A stretch of 64,000 nucleotides of DNA from Podarcis pityusensis (lineage: Eukaryota), in the NCBI GenBank assembly GCA_964106645.2, contig OZ067041.1; one strand, 5' to 3'. Numbering within the stretch: position 1 is the stretch's first letter; each line of letters opens with the position of its first letter. Positions 38,106 through 49,575 of this stretch are shown here, in pieces. Under the pieces are notes generated by a model. The model searched no databases. It saw nothing but the letters and a program-made list of their open reading frames with translations, and was not told the DNA's origin. Position numbers and translations under genes: made by a program.

Positions 38106-39113
38106 GTGAGTACAGCCTTGCATGTCTTGTCTATAATAAGTGTTTTTATATTGCACGTTGTATAGTTAGTCATATATTGTATACAGGTTCAAGCCTTATA
38201 TTGGATATGGGTTTAATATAAAATACGCTTTTGTATCTGCATGGTTGGTTCACTCGGACTGTCCTGTATCTCATGCTAGAATACTGCACAGGGAAAGTAA
38301 ACTAAATCTGAATGTATTATTTTGATTCCACAAGCAGAGTATGATAATTGCTATGAATCCTTTGCAGAGATATGCTAGGCACTATTTCTCTTTTGCACAT
38401 AGTTCTAAGGGATCTGTCTTCTGAGCTTCTTTCAAATAGAAAGTAATAGTTCGATTCTGGCTGGACTGATTTCTCACTGTAGTGGAAGGTGTTTCCTGAG
38501 AAATAATTAGTTTTTTCCTTTTAATTAGGGACATGATTTGAATATGGCCAAAATAATTTAGCTGGCTGGAAAGACAAATTCTTTAAATTGCCTTTTAAAA
38601 GAAGAGGTTACTGTAATATGGAAGGCTTTCCCTGGCTTTGTTAACAGGGAGTGTTTATAGAATCATGGAATTGTAGAGTTGGAAAGGAACCATGTGCTTC
38701 ATCTAGTCCAACGCTCTGCAATGCAGGAATCTTTCTCTGAATCTGGGGCTCAAACCCATGAACCTGAAATTAAGAGTCTCACACTCTGCTGATTGAGGGA
38801 ACTCGATTTCTCCTCCCCTACTCGTGATTGAGAGCAGTTAGTGTGTACACAGGTTATTTGGGGGGGGTTTATCCTGCTTTTCAGCAGAAAAGGCTTCCAG
38901 AGCAGCTTGTATAATTAAAATAAGACAGTTCCTGCCCACAGGCTGACCATCTGAAAGACATGACAAAAAAAGAAAAGGGAATTGGACGGAAGAAAAAGAA
39001 AATACGCGAATTCATGCACCGTTTCTGAAAGTTTAAAATTAGACATGAATACTTTCTGTAGAGTTCTTTATTCACTCCCGTCATTTAAATGCTCTAAAAT
39101 ATACTTAATTTAG

Positions 39114-39232
39114 CTACTTCAGGATCTTGGTTGAACAGTTTGAAGTACAACTGCAGCAGTACAGACAACAAATTGAAGAACTGGAAAACCATCTTGCCAC
39201 CCAGGCAAACAATTCCCATATAACCCCACAAG
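39114..39232 (+). CDS. NUP58: NUP58 exon 11 (YFRILVEQFEVQLQQYRQQIEELE...ITPQ)
   Basis: 119 nt, AG/GT. Confidence 0.96.
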
Positions 39233-39939
39233 GTAAAAAGTTAGTGATTTCACCAGTTGCCTTAATTGATATGTCATACTGCACTTTTTGCATCTGGCAG
39301 ACTCGCAGGGATTTGTGTTCAGATGTTGCCAAGGCAGTAGAACATGGACACACCTTAGTGTCGATTTGATTCCAAATTTAGGGCCGAAGATACAGAAGCT
39401 AACATAATTGCTGGGATCTATAAGGTGGGTTCACACACCCAGGACAGGGCTGGCACCAAAGCATTATTATTTTTTTTCCTTGCAAACAGCCGTCACATAT
39501 ATGTCCTTTGACTACAGAACCCAAGCATTTTTTAAAAAATCTGAGTGAGATCTCCCAGGATCCCCTTGACCAATGAAGAGAGGCTTAGAGGAGGTTTGAG
39601 TCTGTTTACATATTTCACTATTATTTGAGTTCCTGTATCACTACATTGAGGATTTTGTATCATACTTTTCAAGTGTGTACATTAGTTGAAATGATGGCCT
39701 AAGTCTAAACTTCTTGTTTCAGAAAGAAATAATCTTGCTGATAAAACATCAAAAGGACTGTCACCTCCGTTCTCTGTATGTTTAGAGACACCTTTTCTTT
39801 CCCCATCATATTTTGACAAATCCCCACAGCTTCCTTAATGCGGTGGTGGCTTTATGTGGTAGCTTTATGGCAAATTACATGGTTTCACTGTGATTTGTAT
39901 TGCAATGTGACTTGATTTTCAAATTTCCCTGTCTTACAG

Positions 39940-40022
39940 ATTTATCCATGGCTATGCAGAAAATCTATCAGACATTTGTAGCTTTAGCTGCACAACTTCA
40001 ATCCGTACATGAAAATGTGAAG
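39940..40022 (+). CDS. NUP58: NUP58 exon 12 (DLSMAMQKIYQTFVALAAQLQSVHENVK)
   Basis: 83 nt, AG/GT. Confidence 0.96.
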
Positions 40023-40075
40023 GTAAAGATTGCTTTATAATGTGAAATTGTGACATGATTATCTGGCTTCTTTAT

Positions 40076-40420
40076 GGTGGGTTAAACCACAGAGCCTAGG
40101 ACTTGCCGATCAGAAGGTCGGCGATTCGAATCCCCGCGACGGGGTGAGCTCCCGTTGCTCGGTCCCTGCATCTGCCAACCTAGCAGTTCAAAAGCACATC
40201 AAAGTTCAAGTAGATACAGTAGGTACCGCTCCAGCGGGTAGGTAAACGGCGTTTCTGTGAGCTGCTCTGGTTCGCCAGAAGCGGCTTAGTCATGCTGGCC
40301 ACATGACCCGGAAGCTGTACGCCGGCTCCCTCGCCCAATAAAGCAAGATGAGCGCCGCTACCCCAGAGTCGGTCACGACTGGACCTAATGGTCAGGGGTC
40401 ACTTTACTTTACTTTACCTT
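40076..40420 (+). mobile_element. Sauria SINE, CpG-rich young copy
   Basis: Full internal homology to other copies, ctttac tail. Confidence 0.88.
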
Positions 40421-41558
40421 ATGTTGATGAATTGTTCTGGCTCCTAGTTCAGACTCGAGTGCCTTTTTACTTCCTGCATGGTTGTATCTTCTTAGATTAC
40501 TTTCTACTTTTTCTTTTGAAATGGAACATGTTGCTGAAATGTTCCTTGAGGGACTTTAAAGCTAGGAGTTTTTGAAAGTTCTTTTTTTCAAAGGTCAGAC
40601 AGTTAGTCTAGCAGCTGTTTTCTGATGGCTTGCTAAATTCATAATGTGAAGTTCTTTAATTCTGAGAATCATGGGCTTTCAGAGGCACTGTTTCTTTTCA
40701 TGGTGCTCAGGTTACCAGGTATCATTCAAAATAGTACTTGATAATCTTGAATAGTCTTATTTTTGAAGTGGAGCTGATTCCTGTCTTCATTTATTGTGAG
40801 GTAGCCAGATATTTACAGTAGGTGTCGCTATACACCTACTAGGCATTTAAACTAGGGAAACCAAGGATTATTTCTGTTGCTAGTAACATACTGTATTCTG
40901 TCACCTGCTGTGTTGATATCTACTGTGAGTTCAGCAAGGGAAATCCTAGCTAGTTTTGTTGTAGAAGCATATTTATAAAAATTTCTCTCTTGCCTTTTAC
41001 AATAAACCAACTCAAGTGACTTGCAGTAGTAAAACACAATATAACAAATGCAATTAAATCAAAAAGATAAAACAGCAGTCCAGGAGATAAAAGGCCATTA
41101 AAACATCTTGCATACTACTAAATGCCTGAGAAAACAGAATGAACTCTGCCCAGTTTTTGAAAGATAATGGAGTTGACAGCAGGCAAATCTGTGGGGGAAG
41201 TTGCCTTTCTGGGTGCCACCACTGAAAAGGCCCTCTCTCTGTTAGTCATTCAGTAGCGCCTGGAGAAGTGCATTTCTCCAGAACCTAAACTGACAAGAAA
41301 GTTCATGTAGCAAAAGATAGTGGTGTAGATATTAAGGCTTTAAAGGTCAAAATCACTCCAAACTGAGCCTGGAAACTGGAAATATCTAAACCTTCAACAT
41401 TTACTTAATATAATAAGCCGCTTTGAGCTTATGGAAATGTAGAATATACTTTAAAAAACAGTACATCTCTAGTATTCTGGTTCCGTGGATCGCCTCTTAT
41501 ATAACTGCCAATGCACTTCAAGGCCTGTTTTCCAGTTTGTAGTGTTGCCATTGTAAAT

Positions 41559-41800
41559 GTTAGCTCACTTGGTTCGAGCGTGGTGCTGATAATGCCAAGG
41601 TTGCAAGTTCGATATTCGATATTCCTGCATTGCAGGGGGGTTGGTCTAGACCAGGCATAGGCAAACTCAGCCCTCCAGGTGTTCTGAGACTACAACTCCC
41701 ATCATCCCTGACCACTGGTCCTGTTAGCTAGGGATGATGGGAGTTGTAGTCCCAAAACATCATCAGGATCCCTTCCAACTCTACAAGTCTATGATTCTAT
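41559..41800 (+). mobile_element. tRNA-Ile-derived SINE with CR1 tail (Squam2-like), interrupted by a hAT MITE at 41652-41760
   Basis: gttagctca..gagcgtggtgctgataatgccaaggt head; cccttccaactctac..tatgattcta tail. Confidence 0.75.
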
Positions 41801-41856
41801 AGCAAACCTTTGAAAACTGTAGGATCAACTAAGATAACCTTTGCTGTCTTTTTCAG

Positions 41857-42058
41857 ATGCTCAAAGACCAGTATCTTGGTTACAGAAAAACCTTTTTGGG
41901 GGATGCTGTGGATGTGTTTGAGGCCAGGCGAACGGAAGCAAAGAAGTGGCAGACGGCCCCGCGTGTTACTACTGGACCGACCCCTTTCAGCAGCATACCA
42001 AATGCCGCAGCTGTTGCCATGGCTGCAACACTTACCCAGCAGCAACAGCCTGCTACAG
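41857..42058 (+). CDS. NUP58: NUP58 exon 13 (MLKDQYLGYRK...QQQQPAT); read-through to 42081 gives p45-type end GLSAFKL*
   Basis: 202 nt, weak gtctga donor. Confidence 0.96.
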
Positions 42059-45000
42059 GTCTGAGTGCATTCAAGTTATAGCTTTTAGTGTTAACACAAA
42101 CGGTAAACTTGTACAATGTTTTATATAAGGTCTTCCTTTGTGTTGGAAATTAAAAAAAAAAATTGTGAGTAACAGTTCATCAAAACGTAGGTAATAGAAA
42201 ATGCAGGATAGACTTAGCAATAATTATATACCCAGTATTTAATCTTGTGGATTTTTATTTGTAGTAGCTTGTTTACTGTATTACTCAACCCTTTCAAATG
42301 TGAGTCTTTGTCATCTCTGAATACACGTAGGAGAGCTTATCTCTAAAATTATGACACTATTGTATAAACTTTCAAATTTGTTGGGAAATCCTAATTCAAA
42401 TTTGTTTTCCATTATAGCACTTTGTAATTTGAAATTATGCCTCAAAAGGTAGACGAATGTAAGGACCATTAAAAATATTAAGAGAGTTGATTAAAGTAGT
42501 TCAGAACTGTGTATAGAAATGGGGGGGGGGTAACTGAGGTGTTGATCAAGGGTGAGCAAAACATGGGTAGAAATTAAACAACTTGGGAATGGAGATGTTG
42601 ACTTACATTTTATAAAATACTCCAACAAGATATCTTATTGACTGACATATGGCAGTCTAGGTGCTTGAAGTGAGAAGCTAGGTGGCTGCTTCTTTTAAAG
42701 TGCCTACCTTCCAAGGAGTTTGGGATCTGCAGGTCGCATTTAGAGAAACTCTGAAACTAGATGACTTTGCCTAAACATGGGTCTGAGCCCAGGTAGCAGT
42801 CTCCCTTCTGGACATATCAGAGAGTTTCCTTGGCTCTTGGTGTCCTGTCTCCATCAACCACACCTTTGTGTTTCTGGTGCTGGGCAAAAAGCAACGCAGA
42901 GCATTTCTACCTAGAGAGGTATTAAATGAGGTGCTGCTGTTGTAGTATTGGGGTCTACAGGGTATTTCCAGCTTTAACATACAGTTAACTGTTGACAGCT
43001 GGATACTATAATAAGTGAATCCAAATAGAACAGGATGAGATTGAAAGGATTGCTACATCCTTCTAGCTTACTGTAGCAACACAATTTATTCTTTCCCTAG
43101 AATTGTGCCGAAGTATGACAACTTTTGAATGCATTCACCAGTTGTTGTTGGTTTTTCTTATGGAGGGAGGTTTGAATCTGATCTTTAACTACCATAGTCC
43201 TCTAAAACCTTTTCCCAAAGCTGTTGAAGCAATGCTGCCTAAACACTTTGTAAAATTAAGGGGAAAGCACTTTACCTGAAGCCTGGTAGGAAACCTCTCT
43301 CAGAATCCAAAATATCCTTCCTTGGAAGTGAAATCCATTGATTCAGTGGAGCCTGCTTCCATAGAAGTGTGTGATGGATTGCTGCAAGTGGGATGGATCC
43401 GAAGGACTGTTTAGTTTCGATTTTCTTTGCACTTCGGTAGCGTAAAGCATAGAACAGAGCTTCTGTGAGTGGGAAGCAGCTTCCCCTTACAGAACAGAAA
43501 AGACACCTTTTGTATCCAACCTTTTGCCTTTTCTTCTAGTACAAAGGCAGCAAGGTAGGGGAGCAAGTATTTGAATTTGTGCCATCACTGTAAATTGTAT
43601 TAGGCCTTGAAAAGAGAAAATTGCAAAAAAAAAAAAAAAAAAGAGAGGAGGCCATTAATTTGGAGGTGCAGCTGATAATGTTCTAGCAGTGTATCCTAAT
43701 GGTATAGCTGTAGATGACTGTGAATATTGAAAGTGTCAACGGAATTTGGAAGGGCCATATCTCAGTGGGCAGAGCATACGCTTGGCATGCAGAGGTTCTA
43801 AGTTCAATAAAGGTTGAGGTTTTTGGGCAGCAGGGTTAGTAAAGCCTCAGACACTGGAGACTAGCTGCCAGCCACAGCCATTTGGAGCATTGGTTCATAA
43901 GCGGCGGCTGTGTGGTTTTCCATCAAAAGTAGCCAACAGGTCGCAAAAGGTATTGCTCATTCTGTGAACTAACTGGCTGTCTTTGTTTTGTGTTAAAGAA
44001 TATTCTGTAACTTAAATGTTAGTGAGGTCTGGTATTTGTGAAGATTCTTGTATTTATGACATAGGGGAGTTTCCCTAGAATAGAAAAGTAAACTTCCCTG
44101 AAGTATGGCAGCAGAGGCCATAGGGTTGGGTTTTTGGGGTTGTTTGTTTTTTACAATCACGCTCCTTTCAGAAGTCAAACATTCAGTGTTAATGAGTTTT
44201 GCCAGCTGTAGGATATTTTCTTAACTGGAAACAAATGCCTGTGAAATGGTTGACTAGCTGGGAATAATGGTGACTGCTCCACTGTAGCAGAGTGCCTCAC
44301 GTTCTGCTCAGCACAGGTTGTATTAAAGCTGTTTAGCCTAGGTAAAGTAGGAATTAAAATAATTAATTTATTGTCTCCTTGGATAGCTGTGTCATCAAGA
44401 CGTTTTCAGGTAAAAATAGTTTAGTGTAGTTACTGCCTTAAGTGTGTGTTGCTACTGACTAAGCAATCAAGATTTGATTGGCTTACCTAAAAAGCACTTT
44501 GCCTTGCTGTGTTCCAACACCTTCTAGCACCTAAAGTTTTAGGGATACCCTAACATGTTACTGTCCAGATGCTGTTGGACTCATCTATCTCCCATCAGTC
44601 CCAACAGGCCTGGTCAATGATGACGGGACTTGTAGTCCAGCAACATCTGGAGAGCACAGCATTGGCTACCCTGGTTTGTTATGTCATTTGACTCTGCAAA
44701 GGGTGCAATCGCTGGAAATATTCGCGGGAATGAATGCCTCTCCAAATCATAACACTTCATAGGACCCTGTGCTTGAGCTAGTTGTGTAGTTAAAATCCAA
44801 TGCCTTGCCACAAATTGGAGCTAAGCTAGGGTTAATTCACTTTATTTTGAAATAGGCTTAGGGCAATTTTGGTTGTACCTTTATTGTCAGTACGAAGAGA
44901 CTTGAGCAATGATATCTTGCAAACCTGGTAGGGAGCGTTGCTGATGTTTACCGTAAACGGGCTCTTAGTATTGAGCTCTATTTATTTAAACTAAAATTGC

Positions 45001-46256
45001 TCCTTAGGAGAAAAATATATAATTTTTAAAAAATATAATGCAGGTAATTATAGTTTAAACTATTTCATAACATGTGATCCAAAGGTGACAATGTTTACTT
45101 ACGTGTTTTGGCATGGACTATCTCTAGTGTTACCTAAGTTATGTACGCCTAACTTTTAAATGAGAAGTTATTTGGTTTTCTGGCAGAGTCGCATTAATTC
45201 GAGATTGCCATTAAGTTGAAAGTTTGTCAGCTTTAACTACGAAATCCTGTCTCTCCCCCCCCCCCGTCCCCCCCGTAACTTGAATATAGGTCTGTTTTGA
45301 ACTATTTTAAAAATCTAGAGTATGCTTTTTATGCAAGCTTGGCTTGGGGGACTTTGGTGTCATCAAACTGTTTAAAGGTCTTCCACCAATGGTGCCTCCT
45401 AGGATGGAAAACTGAGACACTTCCTTTAAAAGAGAACACTGGGCACTTTTTTTGTTAGAAGCCTAACTTACTTTGGATTGGAATTTTTTTAAGGAGCTGC
45501 TAGGTAGAGAGTATATCAATTTGTTTACATCTAGTTTCTATCTGTCAATGCAATGCTTGTTCTATGAAAAGAATAAAACGTTAGATCCTGGCTAAATTAG
45601 TTGAACATGGTTCTCACTGAAATTGGGGGGATAAATTAGTCAAGACTTTCCTTACTTCCTACTCCTTTCAGTAGAAATTATGTTCAACTGGCTTGGTCTG
45701 GATCTGACCCAAAATCTTTAGTTAGTGTATAGTGCATACTTGGAATACAGAAAGAACCTCAACTTGCCAAATAAGTGCTAAGTACTAATTGCAAGTTCAC
45801 AACTCTAGTTGCCCTTTACAGCATAATTCTACCTTGAATATAACAACCTCATTTTTGCATTGGATCACCTAAGGTCTGGAGATGTTCCTTTCAAAAGATG
45901 CAATGCAGAACAGTGCCTTTTGCTTGATATTTGGCTATCTGTTTAATTAGCAGTTGCGAGAACTTGAATCTCAAGTGTCTGTATATTTACAAGGCCAGAA
46001 GGGGACCATGAACACTGTCTGATTTGTACAATACAGCCTAAAAATTGTCACCAACTATTTTCTTTTCTTTTCAAATGGCAGTCATGGTAGATGAATGTAC
46101 TGTAATGCAATAACCAGGCAGAAGAACTTGACAAATTTTAATTGGGAAGATCAATATCCAAAAAGGAAAATTGAGAACCCCTAGAATCCTGAGTAGCTTT
46201 TGATAATTAAAAAAAACTTGCTGGTAATCATATTGCAAGTTGTCCTTTACTAGCAT

Positions 46257-46320
46257 GCATTGGAGTCATTGCATTGGAGTCATTGCATTGCATTGGAGTC
46301 ATTGCATTGCATTGGAGTCA
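46257..46320. repeat. Short tandem repeat gcattggagtcatt(gcatt), four copies
   Basis: Directly visible. Confidence 0.9.
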
Positions 46321-46822
46321 ATATACACACAGGCACAGTATTTGAACTTGTCAAATCCTTCAAGTTTAACTAATGCACTGTTTGCTGTGCTTAAGGGTAG
46401 GAATGCTGACTGTACTGTGAAAAGTGTTAAGTAGCTTTTTATAAGTTACAAAATTAACCTCAAGATATTTTGTTATAACTTATTTATAATGAGGGGCTAG
46501 TACATAGTTCCCTCCCCACCCCACCCCACACAGGACAATGGGTTAAAAATATCCATTTAATCTTGGCATATAAGCATGGATTTTGGCAGTGTGCATATGT
46601 AGGGAAACCACTGTCTCTAATCTTCTAAATGATGTTAGAAATTTCTGAATCTGAAATCTTGAATGTATTGGTTAAGGTACACATCTGTGCCTTTTCTGTA
46701 AATGTTTATTTAAGCAGGCAAAATGGTTGTAAATGTAGCAAAGTTCTAACAACTCAGTAACTTATCATTTTTTTGTGTGAACCAGTTTTAATTGTCATGT
46801 TTTGACTTGCTCTAAAATGATC

Positions 46823-46837
46823 AATAAATTTAATAAA
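46823..46837 (+). terminator. Intronic tandem poly(A) signals (AATAAA x2) in NUP58 intron 13
   Basis: Two AATAAA followed by an extended GU/U-rich element (46851-46903); upstream TGTA motifs. Confidence 0.65.
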
Positions 46838-47335
46838 ACAAAGTCATTGTCTTGTGTTTTATCAACTTGTTTCACTTTGTTTTTGGTGGGTTGGTTTTTT
46901 TTTAAAAGAACTTGGATAAAATACTCAAATGAGTATTTAATATCAGACATTTATAACGTGGTAATTTTAACCATGTTCCTATGAAACTTGATTTTTAAAG
47001 AATCACTTCTAGCTGCTTGTAGGATATTCAGATATAATTCCAGCAAGGAGCAGAAATTCTAACTTACATGCTGAGTTGTCATAATATCATGGTTTCATGC
47101 TGTGGCGTAATATGCTAGGCTTACCAGTAGTTTGATCTTGTATTGCATTTCGTATCTTAAGAAATTACTGATTCGGATGCTAAGATAGTTTGGGGAGGAA
47201 TTATTATGAAAGTCTGGGTGCTTCAGAAAGCGTTTGTTAAGCTGTGATTATTTACTCTCTTTAATGGAAGGGTTTACATCATGGATCTCTGTTGCGAAAG
47301 AGTAAGGCAAGTTTTGTTTTCATTTTTTTTTACAC

Positions 47336-47467
47336 NNNNNNNNNNNNNNNNNNNNNNNNNNNNNNNNNNNNNNNNNNNNNNNNNNNNNNNNNNNNNNNNN
47401 NNNNNNNNNNNNNNNNNNNNNNNNNNNNNNNNNNNNNNNNNNNNNNNNNNNNNNNNNNNNNNNNNNN
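47336..47467. other. Assembly gap (132 N), probably covering NUP58 exon 14
   Basis: N run directly preceded by a polypyrimidine tract; expected exon not found elsewhere in the intron. Confidence 0.85.
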
Positions 47468-49479
47468 GAATTACTACTATACAGCACTTCCTGAATTGGA
47501 CTAGGCAGCACGCGTCACCCGTAGAACTAAATTCTTAAATGTCTTATGCTAAATAAGCAAGATCAAGCCCCGTAATCCACATGAATTGATACAAAAGCAC
47601 CACCAGCCTCTGGTTCTGTACTCTCAACTTCCCCTTTTGGGTTAGAAAGTCTATTGCAATTGTAAGCACCCATTGAGAGAGTGGGACAAATCTACCTTTC
47701 TAGTCCTTATTTCCCTATTCTCAGCCAAGATGATTCATTTGCATTGCCATCTCCATCATGCACCCTTCCACCTAATCTGCCCTGATCTCTATGCTCATTT
47801 GGGCATCTGTTTGATAGTGTGAGATCACCAAGACTTTATCCTTCTTAGAATACATCAAGGCATCTCATCTAAACCACTTCTATTTAAACAGACATTTTGT
47901 GGGATAGAAATGATTGGTTGCCTAAATGTATATTTAGGCTTCTGTTCTTTTGTGTTTGCACATAGATATGCTTCTATTATTTGACATGTGCCTTGATCGT
48001 AGGGAATAGGATGCATTTGGAACCTAAATTAGTGCACGGTTCACAAAAATATAATTTCACTGTTGTCGGTACCAGCTTTTTGGCCTATTCTGTTTATATG
48101 TTTTAGGATCTATTCTGGGAATTGGCTGGTACAACACACACTTCATCCCCTGTTGCTGATACGCACAGAGAGGTGTTCCATTTTCCTTTATGCCTGAGCA
48201 ACCATGAGGTTGATAGATCTCTGCGGATACTGTAGAATAGCCACAGCAAAACTCCATGTCAAGCATGTGTTGCTAAACTGGTGCATTGGCAAATTTCCCT
48301 TGAAGAAATGACCCCTTTGCCATCTCCTGGTCTTTAAAGTCTGCGCATATTCTGTCCGTGTAAATACAAGTTATTGTGTGAGTGTGTACAGGAAATCCAT
48401 GGAGAAAAGGAGAATAAACCTAAAGCTGTCAGAAACGCAACAAGAAGCGCTGGTGAAGATACCCCACCATATAAAGTAGCTGAGATTAGCTGCAATAATA
48501 GAATAGCAAACCGAGAGGTGCAAAAAGCATTGTTAAAGGATATCAAATCTTTTTAAACTTGCATGAGCTGCAGCGTACTACTTTGCCATTTGTGTTAGGT
48601 TTCGGTCATGATTTTCCCTTCACCACCTGTTTCCAGAAATGGAGGCGTAAGCGCAGCTGTCTGTAGTTTCTGAGTATACATATTCCTGTTGCTCAGTAAA
48701 CTACCAGCCCTATGTGGTGGGAGCAAGTGGAGTGTGAAACCGGCCTTCCTGAAGAGTCTTGCCAGGTTATTGCTATTTCCAGCAATGGGAGATGCTCCAC
48801 CCATTTATTGCCCTAAGTGGAAGTGTGGGAGTTGAGATGCAAGACTTCCTTTCCAGCCATGTTTGGGGAAGAAGGTGGGCGTTTTATTGCCTCCTTAGTA
48901 AGAAGGCTGATGTAATCTTATGCATGCTTGCTTGAAAGCAAGTCTGCTGATATCATAGCAGTATTCTGTTTTCTTTCAAGTAAATTCTGTAATTGGGGGT
49001 AGAACCCTTGTCTCCCAAAGCAGAAAGTTGCCTCTCTACCACAATAATTGGAGGGAATCTTACTTGTTATTTACTCAACCTTGGGTTTGACAAGAATGCC
49101 AAACTACCTTCTGTGTCTGCCACCAAATGTCTAGTCCAACCCACTGCCTTCTGAAAACACATCCAGGTTTGACAAAGTTAGTCCTTTAACTTAATCAGTT
49201 GAACCTACTATGCATCTCGTTTCCCTAACTTCCCTAATCTATTAAGAGCAATTGAAGAATGTGTGTCTGCCTGCAGACTTTTCTATTTAATCAGACTTAA
49301 TAATGAAGTCTTGTGCAGATAAACCCCTTTTTTAACCTTCCCATGGCAGTTCAATAACAATAGCTCCAATGCTGCAGAGTATATGTTGAAGGGACATTGC
49401 GGAAGGCCAATTCTTGAAAGCAACCTAGCCCTGTGTGTATCTTAACGTGTGTTCCCTGTCTTCACTATTGTTCCACTAG

Positions 49480-49575
49480 GGTTTGGAAGTAGCTCTGCTT
49501 TTGGAAGCAGTGGCACGGGTGCACCATCTTTTGGATTTGGAGCTACAAATAAGCCTTCAGGAAGCCTTAGTGCAG
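49480..49575 (+). CDS. NUP58: NUP58 penultimate exon (GFGSSSAFGS...FGFGATNKPSGSLSA)
   Basis: 96-nt phase-1 exon, FG repeats. Confidence 0.95.

Noticed and set aside
41559-41615. tRNA-Ile-like sequence with GAT anticodon
   Set aside because: No acceptor stem; continues into a SINE/CR1 tail, so it is a SINE head and not a tRNA gene
44908-44946. C/D-box-like words (atgatat ... ctga)
   Set aside because: C box mismatched, spacing too short, no terminal stem typical of a snoRNA
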